Assembly (NCBI GenBank): GCA_964016885.1
Contig: OZ024741.1
Span: 135,284,001-135,348,000 of the forward strand
Direction: 5' to 3'
Length of the DNA: 64,000 nt
From: Eledone cirrhosa
Taxonomy: Eukaryota
The translations under genes were made by a program, and so were the position numbers. How positions within the stretch are numbered: the stretch's first letter is position 1; every line of letters begins with the position of its first letter. Under the pieces are notes generated by a model. It ran no database searches, was not told the origin of the DNA, and saw nothing but the letters and a program-made list of their open reading frames with translations. Shown piece by piece: positions 15,881 through 30,559 of the stretch.

Positions 15881-15938
15881 ACTGCCTGAAGAGGTCACAG
15901 CCTGAAGAGGTCACAGTCACCGAAATATATATAGCAGT
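15881..15938 (+). ncRNA. Hammerhead ribozyme copy disrupted by a 16-nt duplication in stem II
   Basis: actgc CTGAAGA ggtcacag cctgaagaggtcacag tcacc GAAA tatata TA gcagt. Confidence 0.65.
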
Positions 15939-15969
15939 AATAAACGAAGCCAAATTTTAAACACTTGAC

Positions 15970-16070
<101 letters not shown>

Positions 16071-16429
16071 TAGAGGGCATCGCTTGCCTAGTAAATATTG
16101 TATTTGTAGTGTCTGCCTTGTGTAACAACACGTCGTTTAATCCGGCGTAGTCAATTGTTATGGCTGCGCAAATGTATAGGAAATTGTATAAATTGATGAT
16201 ACAATTAAGTATAATGTAATGCATTGTCTCCCTTTTTCTATTGCCAACAGGGTATCTTACTCTATGTTGACATTTAAGAGAGTGTCATTTAAACGTGGCT
16301 TACCTTTCATACGTCTCACTGCACGCATTTCTCAATACTTTAGCAAGTTGTTAATACACATGGAAATGCTGTGACAAAAATTGTCTACATTATTAATATT
16401 AACACTTTATGCTCAGAAATATTCTTACC

Positions 16430-16890
16430 AATTACCGGTCAAGCTCTGGTGTCGATTTAATCGATTATACCTTACACCCAAATTGCTGGCCTTATGCCTA
16501 AAGTAGAAATTATTATTTCACGAGCTCGATAAAATATTGTTCCAGTAACGCACTGGGGTCGATTTAACCGACTTTCCCCATCCCTAAAATTGTTGGCCAC
16601 GCGACTAATTAAAAAACCATTATTATTGTTTCAAATCCCTCCGAGCTTAGCTTTATCTTTCATCTTTACGGGATCGATAAAACGACGTACCAGTAACGCG
16701 CACTGAGGTCGATTTGATCGACCCCCTCCCTTCAAATTGTTGGCTTTGTGTCTAAGTCAGAAACCATTATTATTCAAATCCTGCGAAGTTATCCTTGCGG
16801 GGTCGATAGAATAGAGTACCTGTAACGTAATGGTTCGATTTATTGAACTTTCCTCTTCCCTTGAGCCAAAAGTAGAAACAATTATTGGGC
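16430..16890 (+). mobile_element. Cluster of tandem Meta-like SINE 3' fragments
   Basis: Repeated gtcgattta..., aaattg(c/t)tggcc...aaagtagaaa modules. Confidence 0.7.
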
Positions 16891-16894
16891 GGGT

Positions 16895-16992
<98 letters not shown>
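16895..16992. repeat. (TATC)n microsatellite
   Basis: Direct reading. Confidence 0.97.
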
Positions 16993-16993
<1 letters not shown>

Positions 16994-17555
16994 CCCCATC
17001 TGCCTGTCGCGTCGAACATCGCCGGTAAGCTTCTTTGTAAATTTCTATACAAAAAACTGAACAAATTGTTTGAAAAAACATATCATTTTGTAGATTAACC
17101 CCCAAGCTGAATTGTCAGCTGGGTGATAAACCCATTTTTCGAAAATTTAATTTAAAAATTGTTTTAAAAGATCAAATTTTGCCAACTATAAAACATGAAT
17201 AGCTCGGAAAGAACGCTAGAGAACGTCGACAGAGAGAAGAGTGGTAGAGAGGCAGATATTAACGTTATATCTGCTTCTGCTACTATGGACGTCGCCATGG
17301 ATACGACTGTCAACAAAAGAAAAAAATAATATCACCACTTGAAGATTTTAAAATTTGTACCGTCGAAGCGGAGAAAAATAACACCCAAGAAAACACAGGA
17401 ATTAAACCTATTAATATACACACACATGAAAAAGACAACAACAACAACTCCATAGATACATCTACACATAAAGTTTCACCTCGTCAAGGAATTGCGATTT
17501 CCAACACCGAGGCTAACAACGATAACAACAAGAACAACAGCAACACCACAAAAAA

Positions 17556-18521
17556 TGTCTTTCGCTGAAACAGTGAACAAAAAACAAGATTTTATAAATC
17601 TTGACATCTCCAATGCCAGAGATATGCTCCAGCAAGGGAAAAAATTTGTAACTTTCGAAGACAAGGGTGGGTTTAGAATTAACTCACCCCTCTAAATAAA
17701 AGAAGAGACAGTTCGAAGGACAGTGACCTCCAGGACTGTCTCCAACACAATGAGAAAGCCAATATTTGTGAGTCAAGCAGACATAGAAGCCACCTGAAGG
17801 AGACTCTAGAAAATATTGACTTTCTACAACGAGGAAAACAGTACGGGAGTATTTCCGTACTGTTTAAAAGCGAGGCACTCGCCCCAAAACATTCTGTGAC
17901 ACCAATGGTGTCAAAAGCATTCACCTTTTTCCCTACGTATATGGGAAAAAGGACACAAAAATAAAAATAAAAAATATACCACCAAACATTAACATCTGGT
18001 GGATCTTGCCTGGCTTCGTGGAGCCAGAGACTGATGCCATTCTTTCAATACGAAAGTCTATTAGACAAAGGTGGGCGGGTACTGATTTGGAGATTCTGAT
18101 GCAAAATAGGCCGGAGAGAATCTGCAAAATACCCGAAAAAGTCGTCATCGACGGCAACAACAGAATAAACATTTCGGTAGAGGGGGGTAAATTTCCTTGC
18201 TTTCGCTGTGGTAGCACAGCACACCTAAAAGCCTCCTGTCCTTCACAAACACACCACAACAACATCATTAAAAATACACTATTACCAACACCAACACCAA
18301 CACCAAAACAACCACCACCACAAGTACAACAAAAGACAAAACGAGCAAAACACACCAAAACAAACAGCCACTCAACCAACAACAACAGAAACAACACAGA
18401 CAACAGCCCCGAAGAACACAGCCCCACCCAATCCCACTCCATCAAATACTGCCACAAACACACACACCGAAACACCACCACCACACAACATACCCCTACC
18501 CCACACTTCGTCAAAGCATAA
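17556..18521 (+). pseudogene. Tx1-like ORF1 (gag-like) remnant with CCHC zinc knuckle
   Basis: MSFAETV start-like motif; CFRCGSTAHLKASC (C-X2-C-X4-H-X4-C) at 18198-18239; stops and frameshifts. Confidence 0.8.
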
Positions 18522-18721
18522 TCGTCTCCACACCTAAAACTACTAAGGGTTTCGATAGAAACCTATCTGAAATTAAAAGAACAATTTTCGCAGGATGTTG
18601 GCAACCCCTGTCAAAAATCTATTAACCGCGTCTTATTAAAATGTTTCCCCACCCCACCCAACACACCCACCAGAACTGAAATGGAGATTGAACAACCCGA
18701 TCTCCAGGAAACGAAAAGTCA

Positions 18722-21150
18722 CACGGTATGGATGTGATAGCCATCACCGAGTCCAGGATCCACAACAGGCAGCAACTAACCCCCATCTTCGACGACTTTG
18801 AGATTTACGCATCTCTCTGTCAGCCAGGAGGTGGAGGCGGGAGTGGCTGTCATGTTTCGGCAGAACCTGGACGTCGAAGTACAGCAAGTACACTTGGACC
18901 CGGAGGGTAGACTGGTAGTCCTAGACGTGAACAGTATTGGAGTTGGAGCCTTCAGACTGGTGGCCGTTTATCACAATCACGGCCAGACTTCTTTAAGCGT
19001 CTAGAGTCTTTTCTGGAAACGTCTCGCTCCTTACTTTTAGTGGGGGACTGGAATGGTGTCCTAGATGCACGATGGGACTATGTGGGAGCATGTGTCCCAG
19101 TAGAGGGGGGTGCAACAGCCTCAAAACTTTAATCGGCTAATTCCAACTGGCCGATAGGTATTGACTGGATTTCCCGACAGCACCACAGTGGACGTGGGCA
19201 AACCGCAGTGGGACATCTAGATCGTATTTAGATAGGTTATTCATTAGAGAAAGGGACAAGATGTTAAGCTGTCCGCGAATGCACATGGTTGCCTACTCAG
19301 ATCACAAATTAGTCGTCTGCTTAGTCAACCGTGATAGAATACATAGACAGGGACCCGGATACTGGAAGCTGAACGTGTCGTTGCCAGCACGTAAAGCTTA
19401 CAGTGAACGGATTAGATTAGTCAAGCAACAGTTAACGGGAGCCATCGTCAACAATAGATGGTGGTACTCTCCCAAGAAAGCAATTAGAGTAGAATCGATA
19501 GAGTTTAGCAGAGAGTTAGCCTTAGAGAAAAACAAAATAGAAAGAAAACTAGTAGCCAAGGTAGAGGAGGCACTTAGAAGTGGCAACGCGGATAGAGTGT
19601 TAGCGTCGAGAACGGCACTGGACCAGTTCTTCGATGCGAAACACGAAGGTTGCGTAGTCAGAAGCAAAACACGTGCTCTAGGAAACGAAGGAGCGAAAGC
19701 TGTCAGCTGGGCCCGAGTGGCGGAGGAAAAAAGTGGCAACAAGTCCACGATTTGGTCTTTGAAAGACCAAAAACGGACGCGTGCTACTTGACCCCAAGCA
19801 AATGTGCGCGGCCTTTCAGCAGCACTTTGCGCGACTGTTTGAGCAGAACGACAGTGAATTGAACGGGGTAATGGACTTTAGTTCATACCTCGACGGCCTG
19901 CCGCGTCTCTCGAACACAGACGCCGAGTTCTGCGAAAGACTGATCACGGACACTAAGATACGGGACGCTCTGGGCCGCTGCGGAAAACGCAAGTCACCAG
20001 GTCTAGATGGTCTACCCTATGAGTTTTACATAGGCATGCTGGACTTGTTCTCTGGCGTCCTCGAAGCCATCTACTGCAATTGGCAGCAGAACGGGAGAAT
20101 TCCCAGTTCTGCAGGCAAGGGCGTAGTAACGCTGATCAGGAAAGATGAGAACAAGGGGGACAAAATTAACAACTTCAGGCCTATAACTCTACTCAACACA
20201 GAGTTAAAGATTTTGGCCAAGGTGCTAGAGACGAGGTTGGCGCTTGTCGTCTAGAACCTGGTAGGGAAAGCGCAAACGTGTGCAATCCCGACCAGGTCCA
20301 TACACGACAACCTCCACCTCATGCGATACATCATAGAGAGGGTGGGTAGCAAACCCGGCTTCGGTGGGGCTCTGATCAATTTGGATCAGTCTAAGGCATT
20401 CGATAGAGTCGACCATCGATACTTGGAAGCGGTTTCGGTCCCGTTTTCAGAGCCTGGATCGAGGCGATGCACACCAGCATCTTCTCGAAGGTCAAGGTGA
20501 ACGGCTACCTATCGGAGCCGGTGAAATTGCTCGGGGTCTGGTTCGGTCCAGACCTCCAGGTGGAGAAAAACTGGAACAAGGTCACGGCCAAGGTGTTTGC
20601 GCTCACCCAGAAGTGGGCAGAGTGCAAACTGTCCTTGAATTGGTCGAGTGAAGGTGGCGAACACTTTCATAACGTCCGTCATCTACTACCGCTTGACTTC
20701 ACTCGACCAATTGTCCCCGTGAACACCTCGCCAAGACGGAACGCATGCTATTCCAGTTTCTGTGGAAGAAGCAGGCTCCGCTGGTGAGGAGATCCGTCTG
20801 CTGTCAGCACCCCGACGAGCTCATAAACAGCTGGGCTGAATCAGTCATAAACTTTAAGCACCGAGTGCAGGCCTCGTACTTCGCCTGGGAAGCGACTGCG
20901 GCATGAAAACTATAAACTGGGACCACCTGCCCAAACCATAACACTCCGGTGGGTAGGCGGTGTAAGCAAACATCTGTGAACCAAATGTACATCCCAGACA
21001 CTGCACCAACCGGCATGAGTAAAACAACACCCACAAAATAATAACACAGATGCCATCATATGAATGGATAAAAAACCAAGTAGGACATGATTGGTTGAGC
21101 ACCGGCCAGAGTTACTCCCCCTGCTCTGACGGAATAACACATACACTTAA
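18722..21150 (+). pseudogene. Tx1-like ORF2 remnant: APE endonuclease + reverse transcriptase
   Basis: DVIAITESR, LVGDWNGV, SYLDRLF, SDHKLV, GPGYWKLN, KSPGLDGLPYEFY, FRPITLLNTELKILAKVL, LDQSKAFDRVDH. It jumps from VKVNGYLSEP to VKLLGVWFG (~20520), losing the QG/YADD core. Confidence 0.9.
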
Positions 21151-21227
21151 GTGAAGAATGAACTCTGATGTGAATTTAACCTTAGAACTCCTCCTGGGTC
21201 GCGTATTGATCATTTTTTTGTTTTCCA

Positions 21228-21270
21228 TGTCCTTGATAAGCCCACTCCGGGCGAAACGTACGTAGGTGCA
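21228..21270 (+). ncRNA. Degenerate hammerhead ribozyme-like motif at the LINE 3' end
   Basis: tgtcc TTGATAA gccc-actcc-gggc GAAAC gtac GTA ggtgca. Stems II and III are perfect; CTGATGA has two substitutions. Confidence 0.55.
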
Positions 21271-21317
21271 TTGTTATATAAACATGTTTTAACGGTTTAT
21301 ACTCCTTGTATTCTTTT

Positions 21318-21511
<194 letters not shown>

Positions 21512-21993
21512 CGCGTATGTGTATATGTGTGTGTATCTAGGATATTGGAATTATCTTAGAAAAAATGTAGCTTTATGTATTAAGTTGATTTTTGTTCCTC
21601 CCTTTAGTTATTTGAGCTATAATAGAAGCTTAGATGTTTGAATTCTACCATTATTTTTACAATTATTGTTGTTGTTGCTGTTGTCCTTTGATACGTTTTA
21701 TCAATAAACACAGCTCTGTGTGCCTTCAAGCGTGTACAGGATTGTTCGCATACACATACGCGTGTGTGTGTCTGTATATATATATATGTATATATGTGTG
21801 TGTGTGTGTGTGTGAATGTTTGTGTGTGTGTGTGTGTGTGTGTGGCTATGTGTGTGTGTATGCATGTGTGCGCGTATATTTTCCTTTGTTTATGTTTATC
21901 AGGTATCTGTACTTTATGCAACTGTTTTTGTAACGTCCTTTGTTTAATATTGCTAGTTGATATGTTTCGTATGTTGTCTTGTTTCACCAACAT

Positions 21994-22049
<56 letters not shown>

Positions 22050-23894
22050 TGTCTGGGTGTGTGTGTGTATGTTTGTTTGTGTGTATGTAAACAATTTGAT
22101 ATAACTCGTTACCAGCAGTTTCAAGACGTCTCAATAATCGGATACATTTGAGAGATGCACTTCCTCATAGTGCTGTTTGCACTTATTTTTCGTTTGTACC
22201 CATAATTGAATATATATATCTATATATCTATATATATAGAAATATGTGTGTGTCTGTGTATGTGTGTATGTATGTGTGTGTGTGTGTGTGTAAATTATGC
22301 GTATGTACTCACATACATTCACACACGCACACACAGGAACAACTTCTGCTATTTGTTCCGGCTCTTAAAATTTTGGCTTCAAATCCTGCTGATGCTAACT
22401 TCGCCTATTATTCTTTCGGCTGATTTGCCCACCGATGACCAGTGCTAAGCGTCAGAACACGAGGCCACTACTGGTTATGAAAGCTGTAATGGCGGACGAG
22501 AAGTGCGGCTATTTGCTACAGCAGTCGAACGATGATGATACCCTTGAAGTGTTTTACATATTTTATCCTTGCTAATGTAGAGATTAATCCAGCGGATCCA
22601 ACAATCTTCATGCTCATCATTGTATTCTTTTCCAGGCTGTGTATTACAGCCAGATGCCCTTTTTGGAGCCAACTCGTTTAATCATCTTTTACGACACACA
22701 GTCATACCGACGTGCCGCTAATCGAATCAGGATATACTGTCACCCGCAGACATAAATAGAAAAATGTTTATAATAGTGTTTATATAGTCTGAAGTGGCTA
22801 AGATATCTCTTCTATGATGTAATTATTTCTCATTAATATTTTATTATTTAAAATAAATTTCTTCTGGCGTTAATTGTAAATGTTTTCCTCTAATTAATTA
22901 CCCCAGTTTTCTTAATATCCAATCTCTTTGCCATTATTATAAGCTGCCAAACAACACATTCTAGTTGAGTGAACAGCTCCCTTCAATATATTACACCATA
23001 TTACATCTGACAATCAACACATTGTGAATTAAAAAGCACGCTGAGTACATTATTAGCGAACGCTCTCAAGACGTATCGTTCGTCCTATATAATATACACT
23101 GGTCATAGACAGACAGTATTTTCTCACTTCTGTGAACACTATCTGCTTTTTTCTTTCTTTTTAAATAACATTTTACACATGCTGGTTTATAAAGAAACAC
23201 ACATACATGCATACACAAATACACTCACACGCGAACGATTGATAAAACATGTAAAATTGCAGACAAATATGATAGATAGATATTAAGCATGCTTCATGCG
23301 CATTCGAATAAACGTGCACACAAATACACAACACACACAGACAGACTTACATACATTCGTAATTTATATATATGCAGAATTCACAGTGGCACGCAAACAT
23401 ACACATTATATATATACATTAATAAACACATATACAAACTTATGACATACACGCAGACACAAACGAATAGACAATAAACCCGCGCGCACACACACATACA
23501 CACACGCACATACACACACAAATAAAGCACGTGCACCTACATATATAAATACATTAATAAACGTGAACATTCGTGCGTGTGTCCGCATGGTTTTCTGGTT
23601 GCAGCAAATATATTGTACTTCCATTTAAAAGTGAATACATCGAAATGTCGTAGCAAGTTCGTATCACTTTCCTGTCACGAAAGAAATCTTTCCTATTAAT
23701 CATAAGCGATTCACTAAATTTCAGGATAATAGAAGAGTGGCAATGGGGTATCTGTTTTATTCAAAAATGACAACGGGTTTGAATCTCATCGAAGCTGCTG
23801 TGCTTCTGTTTATTATTGCTTCGTATCGCATCTTTACGTAATTAACTTGGAAGTGGTCACCATTTTGTAGAGAATAATCGTTGTTGTATTAAAT

Positions 23895-24280
23895 ACCAAC
23901 AAAAATACGATCGCGGATACAAGCGGCCGAAATGGGGTTCCTCCGAATGGTCATTGGAAAAACGTTACTCGAAAGAGTGCGTAGCTCGGAGATCAGAGAA
24001 TCGCTTGAGGTAGAGTCGCTACTTCTCCAAATTGAGAGATCGCGATATTACCAACAAATGGTGGGCAAATTGTTACGGGCAAAACGAGCCAGCAGGAGAC
24101 CCAGGGGTAAACCCCGAGCAAGATTGTTGGATAATATACATGAGCGTGGTTGATCTAGGGATCCAGCCAGACGAATTGGAGACGGTTGCTTCTGACATGA
24201 CCCACTGGAAAGCGTGCTTGAGAATTCTGCCCACACGACTTTTAAAGGAATAAGGGGCCAAAGAAGACGAAGAAGTATTA
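23895..24280 (+). pseudogene. RTE-type LINE 3' fragment
   Basis: RIQAAEMGFLRMVIGKTLLERVRSSEIRESLEVESLLLQIERS...RRPRGKPRAR, (GAA)-like tail. Confidence 0.85.
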
Positions 24281-24633
24281 ATACACTAATACATGAGAGC
24301 GAATTTGTCTCATTTGCATGTAAAGAATGTAGGTTTCCTTTTACATATATTTGTATACACTGATAAATATATTACGAAAGACACGCGCACATACTATCCG
24401 ACTCACACTAGTAGAATGGTATTTCTGCAGGTAATGAATAAAGATTGATTAGCTTATCAAAAGCAGGCAATCTCTTATAGAATATACGTGTTACATTACG
24501 TTCCCTGCTTAAATAAACTATTGATTAAAAATTCGTCAATGTATTTCACCAACATAAGTTAGTCAAACACACACGATCGAATAAATATATATACATCGGT
24601 AAAATAACACGTTCATATACACACAGGCGTGTA

Positions 24634-25066
<433 letters not shown>

Positions 25067-25077
25067 TTATTATTATT

Positions 25078-25176
25078 AGGTTAACTTTGCCTTTCATCCT
25101 TACGGGGTCGATAGAATAAAGTACCAGTAATGCACTGGGTATTTGCTGCCCTTGTGCCAAAAAGTAGAAACAATTA
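25078..25176 (+). mobile_element. Meta-like SINE, 3' half
   Basis: aggttaactttgcctttcatccttacggggtcgatagaataaagtaccag...aaagtagaaacaatt. Confidence 0.85.
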
Positions 25177-26639
25177 TGACAAAAACTGGGACGAGGTGAC
25201 GAGCAGGGTGGCTTCTCTCACCCAGAAATGGGCCGAGAGGAAGCTATCCCTGAAAGATCGAGCGGAGGTGGCTAACGCGTACATCGCGTCCGTCATCTAC
25301 TACCGCCTGACCGTCGTGCCTTGTCGTAAGCCTCGCCTGACTGCGTTGGAGCGTTTGCTCTTTCGCTTTTTGTGGAAGGGACGCGCTCCGATGGTCAGGC
25401 GGTCCATCTGCTGTCAACACCCGCTACGTGGAGGGCTGGGGGTGCCGTGGCTAATGATGCCCCACTTCTTCCTCGACGGTGATCAGGTGTGGTCGCCGTT
25501 TGCTAGACGCGTCTTTCCCCAGCTCATCTCCTTGACGGAGCTGCAGTCCTGGGTCAAGCGAAGACCGAGAGGGAGCGCTTGGAGAGTGGAATGTCTTCAG
25601 GCGCTCACAGCCCTCAACCAATCGGGCAATGTGATCGGTGGAAACTCCACCTCAGCGTTCTATAGAGGATTATTGGAGGGGAAGAGCGACGACGTACTTG
25701 GGGAAACTCTAGGCGTCGACGAAAATCAACTAGCCAATCTCTTCGGAAGAATTTTCGGGCCGGGGCCTATGGACAACTTCCAGAAATCCCTGGCCTGGCA
25801 TTGCTACCGAGGAGCTTTGCCAGGTCGGGATAAACTCTACAGACATGGAGGTGCCGTCAATCGAGCATGTCCGAGATGCGCGCAGGGCGACGAAACCGAC
25901 CTGCACGCACTCGCCCAATGTCTGAGGATTTGTTTATGTTGAACACCTGCTGTCGCATGTAGGACGGACCCGGCTATCAGCTGAGTCCATCGTGAGGATT
26001 GCCCCGTCCTCTTCCTTTAGCCTGGAAGGGCAGGCAGTTTTTATCTGTCTGGTGGCCATGGCGAAAGAGATAGTATGGTGGACACGTTTGAAAGGGCTGA
26101 AGACGAGCACTTACCTCTTTGGTGATGCCCTGATTAACTTTTTCAAATTTCATTTGAAAAGGAAAATCAGGGTAGAGAGGGAAGTGCTCTCTTCCCAGCA
26201 TTTTGTTGAAAGATGGGTGAGAGAAGTAAGAATGGCCCGAGTGAATGGGCCTACTCTGAGTATGTGTCTGTAAATTAAAGGTGGAAAACTGGGAGAGGAC
26301 ACTTGCCCTGGTGGTCAGGGTCACTGTGGCCTTTTAATGGGCTTACTCCACAACTGTCCCTCGGAAGCCTCCCCCCTATTGGGGAATTTTTTTATTGTTA
26401 TTTTTTGTTACATCCTCTGTTTTTGTTTTTTACACGCAGAAATCCCCATTTGTAGGGTCCTGTATTGTCCTGTAGTGTCCTTAATGTCTACTTTATGTAA
26501 ACCCTTGTGGTTAATATAGAAAGTATTATTATTATTACCTCTGTTTTTTGTTTTTTTACATGCAGAAATGCCCTTTTGTACCATCCTGTACTGTCCTTAA
26601 TGTCTACTTTGTGTAAACCCTTGTGGTTAATAAAGAAAA

Positions 26640-26640
<1 letters not shown>
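25177..26640 (+). mobile_element. 5'-truncated Tx1-clade LINE (ORF2 C-terminus, zf-RVT-like zinc finger, 3' UTR)
   Basis: KNWDEVTSRV...WAERKLSLKDRAEVANAYIASVIYY, GGLGVP, CPRCAQGDETDLHALAQC. ORF ends ~26273. The 3' UTR has a ~100-bp duplicated end and aataaa before (TAT)n. Confidence 0.88.
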
Positions 26641-26671
<31 letters not shown>

Positions 26672-26688
26672 GTAGTAGTAGTAGTAGT
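26641..26688. repeat. (TAT)n-(AGT)n trinucleotide tract between two tail-to-tail LINEs
   Basis: Direct reading. Confidence 0.95.
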
Positions 26689-29600
26689 CTTTGAGTGGTC
26701 AGTCATTGATGTTATTTAACTGGAAAGTTTGTTGAAATGAATATCAAGCCGCTACCTGCAGCCTCGGATATTCAGGACGTATCGGAGGGTTCTTGCTGTT
26801 CCAAGCAAGCATGCCTTTTGAAGTGTTCCAAAAAGCGGGGTTGGACTAATCTTCTTTAACCACCCTTGGAAACTCTTTGAGATAGTACCTAGTGCGCCTA
26901 TGACAATCGGAACGACCTTGACTTTATGGCAGTTCCAAATCCTTTTTATCTCCCACTTTAAGTCCAGGTATTCGTTAATTTCCCCCCTCTCCTTTTCTTG
27001 AACTCTCGTGTCAAATGGGCAGGCTACATATACAATCAGGCACGATCTTTTTCCCTTGTCCAAAACCACCAGGTCAGGCCTATTGTGTTCTAATTTCTTG
27101 TCCGTCTGTACCCTAAAACCCCATAGCACCTTCACCTGATCGTTTTCTATCACCGACTCTGGCTTATGCTTATACCACTTCTCAGAATGTGGTAAATTGT
27201 TTACTTTGCATAGGTGCCAGTGGATCACCCTGCCCATCACATCATGTCTCCAGCCCTTATAGTGAGTCTGGGCTAGGTGTTTACACTCGGATACAATGTG
27301 AGCCACAGTCGCTTCACTCTCTCCACAGATCCTACACAGTGGGCTAGCCTCCTCCTTGTAAATATGGTGTTTCACCCACTTCGTTCTGAGGGCCTGCTCT
27401 TGCGCAGCCATTAGTATTCCTTCTGTAGCATTTTAAAGGTCTCCTCTTTTTAACCAGTTCCATGTCTGTGGATCTTTAAATTCAGTTTTCTTAAAGAAGG
27501 TACTATGAAGGGATTTTTCATGAAGGTTGCTCTTCCAGCTTGTTGTTATTTCCTCCTTGGACATCCCTGGTCTATTGTCCTCTCCTTCAGTACAATTCTG
27601 AGCATTGGCTCCCTACGGTCAGTCACGTATTTGTGCAAGTTGTTTTTCTCCATCTGAACACGGTCCTCTATCTCCTTAAGTAGAGTCTATCGACATCACT
27701 CCTCTTGTGGAACATGTATATAGTCAATAGCTTCCTAGTCTTCCTATCCATTTCTTTTTGTTCAGCAACATTCCATTTCAGAATTCCCGCACTGTACCTA
27801 ATAATAGACACAGCTCGGGATTTCACTGCACTTATGACATTCCTACTATTTAGATGTGATTTTAATACGCTCCTTAGTCTCCTAATGTACTCAGATCTTA
27901 TCAATTCCTTCCCTCATTTTTTTGTTCTTGATGTCAACTGCCTCCAGAACACCTAAATATTTGTATCCTTCTTCAGTGTCAATTTCCTTTATCATCTCAC
28001 CTGTTGGTACCTGGATTCCGTTGCTTCTGCTCAATTTACCCCTCTTCATCACGAGGACTCCACACTTATTAATATCAAATTCCATACTATATCATTGCTG
28101 AAAATACGGACAGTGTCAACAAGTACATCCAATCCCTTCTCACTCTTCCCAAAGAGTTTAAGATCGTCCATGAAGAGGAGGTGATTGATGGTAAGCTCTC
28201 ATTTTCCCAACTTGTATCCTGCTCTCACTTTTCTCAGTATAATGGTCAGGGTATCAGAGCAAGGACAAACAACAGGGAGGATAAACTATCTCCCTGGAAG
28301 ATACCTCTCTTGATCTTCACGTCTCCCAAGGATTCTGCACCCGATGATAACTCTGTTTCCCAGGACTTCATACTTTTGCTCAACAACTGTCTGATGTTAT
28401 CTGCCACCTTGAAGATCTCTTGGCTTTTGGTTATCCAAGAATGAGGTACCATATCGAATGCCGTTTTGTAATCTATCCATCCCATGGCAAGATCAGTGTG
28501 TCTCCTCTTGCAATTCCTCATTACCATCTTATCAATAAGTAACTGGTTTTTTGTACCACGGGACTTCTTTCGGCATCCTAACTGTTCGTCCGGTAACAAG
28601 TTGTTTATGTGGAGGTGATGGTAGATTTCCTCAGACACAATGCTTGTTAACAGTTTCCACATTACGGACAGACATGTGATAGGTCTATAGTTGGTAACAT
28701 CATTACCCTTGATTCGATCTTTCATTACCAGAACTATGGTACCTTTTGTCAACCACTCTGGTACCTCACCCGACATCAAGCAGTCATTGGACATGGTTGT
28801 CAGTTTCGGGTGGAGGGATGTTATATTTTTGTTCCAATACCCCTGCACACCATCTGGGCCTGGTGATTTCCAGTTGGTTAGTGTTTTGGCCTGCCCCTTG
28901 AGAGTTTCAACTGTGATACTCAAATCAGTTTGTTGGTGTGCTTGTTCACTAAACTCCTTTTGTACTGTCTCAATCCACACTGCCTGTTCAACATCCTGCT
29001 CCCATATTGCTCTCCAGAATGTCTTAGTCTGTTCCGCCTCAGGGATCAAGTCGTTGACTCTTTTTTTCCCTTCAAGCTGACCAAGCAACATCTTCTGGTT
29101 GTTGTCAATCATGCGGTTCTGTCTATACTGACTGACTCTGCTCTCATACCGCCTAATCTTTGCACTCTTTGCTACAATGCGCTGCTTCAGTTCCTCTATG
29201 ATGATATTTAGCTTTTTCCTCCTAGTTTTGTACTTTCTTTCCAGTCTATTTTTAGTGTCTATGTTTTGTAGTGTCCCATTCAGTAGGGACTCAAGCTTTC
29301 CAATGTCATTTCTCATTTCCTTGATTTGACAATTCAGTCGTTTCTTCCACCAAGGTTCTGATCTTTCTTGTTTGTTGTTTCCTCTTGTTTTTATGCCAAG
29401 TAATTTCCTCACCGCATTTGCTGTTGCTTTGAGGATATTGTTGCATTGGTGAAGGTTCCTCGCCTCAAGGGATGGGATGACTTTGTTTACCTTAGCTGTT
29501 GTTTCTTTTAACTTTTTCCTGTCTACAAATCTTAGGTTCATAGGTTTTCCATTATCATTGTTCATTTCATCTACCACTAAGTTGAGGATATCAACCAAAT

Positions 29601-30200
29601 CTTGTCCTAGCCCGTCAGCATTCATTTCTTCAATGGCTGTATCTTTGTTCCAAATGTTATTTATTTCAGCATTCAGATCATTGTCTGCTTCGGATGGTTC
29701 CTCCGTTCTCTCAGCTTCTTCACCTTCATTTCCCACTGGCTCGTTTGTCTGGCATACTCTACTCTCCATATCTAACCTAATCTCTCTGCACAGTTCCTCC
29801 AGTTCCAACTCGCTTATCCATCCATTAGTTCTTATTACCCGAGCCTGCCCGGCCAATTTTTGTTCATCTAATTTAAATAGACTAATCTCGTTCCAGATGT
29901 TATGCATCCGTTTCCTATAGCCTTTTTCCTTGGGGTTACTCTTCAGGTAACATTCCATGACAGTTCTATTCAATTCTTTCGTCCAGTTGGTTCTTGTCCC
30001 TTTCCTTCTTCTTCTTCCTCCAACACCAGCAGTATTTGGTTGACAGCCAGGTCCCTGCTGCTGGGCCAGGGGGCACTTGCTGGGTAGTGTCTGTCACGAC
30101 GTTCCAGTCTCCTCTTCACCGTTATTCGAACTGTTTAGGTTCGACATTTAAACACTCATATCGAGGATGTGTGAATGTATGGTTACATAACCACCGGTGA
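26689..30200 (-). mobile_element. Near full-length R4/Dong-type non-LTR retrotransposon (RT + restriction-like endonuclease), inactivated
   Basis: Single long ORF broken by frameshifts. 3' end runs into (ACT)n(TAA)n on the minus strand. 5' boundary is uncertain (30200-30550; another TAA tract lies at ~30548). Confidence 0.9.
26752..29973 (-). pseudogene. R4/Dong RT-CCHC-RLE polyprotein remnant
   Basis: WKSPGPDGVQGYW, YRPITCL, IDYKTAFDMVPH, GIFQGDSLSSLLF, HLLFMDDLKL (~28155-28185), YKYLG, CRICGESEATVAHIVSEC, RHD, HNRPDLVV, VACPFD, VPIVIGALG. Confidence 0.93.
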
Positions 30201-30559
30201 TTTCATCACCCCCAGTGATTTCATCACTCCCGGTGATTTTAGCGTGACATCATCACGCTGTAGACGCACATAAATAAATAATCAAATTGATAGATGAAAA
30301 CTTAAAAAAAATAAACATAAGTTTCATTGTAATGTTTGAATGTCTGATTTTTATTTTTTTTTTATTTTTTTCCCTTTACGTTTTTCGTTTTTCAAGGCCA
30401 GTAACATCGGTTACTAGTGTTGTTGTTGCTGCTGTTTTTGATTTTAGCTACGTGGGAAGTAGGGGTTGTTGCGTTCAAAACTTTTGAAATTTGTTGTTGG
30501 ATTTGTTTTTGTCTGTGTTCTGTTCTATAATCTTTCAACTTGTTGCTTATTATTATTAT

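Noticed and set aside
16230-16380. Splice-like signals on both strands
   Set aside because: The minus-strand candidate exon has stops in all three frames; the plus-strand one lacks a good donor
22475-22760. Non-repetitive, moderately GC-rich stretch with a 65-aa minus-strand ORF
   Set aside because: No recognisable domain or convincing splice pair; cannot support as coding
28691-29920. Plus-strand ORFs overlapping the R4/Dong ORF (and minus-strand ORFs over the Tx1 copies)
   Set aside because: Antisense shadows of the retrotransposon reading frames
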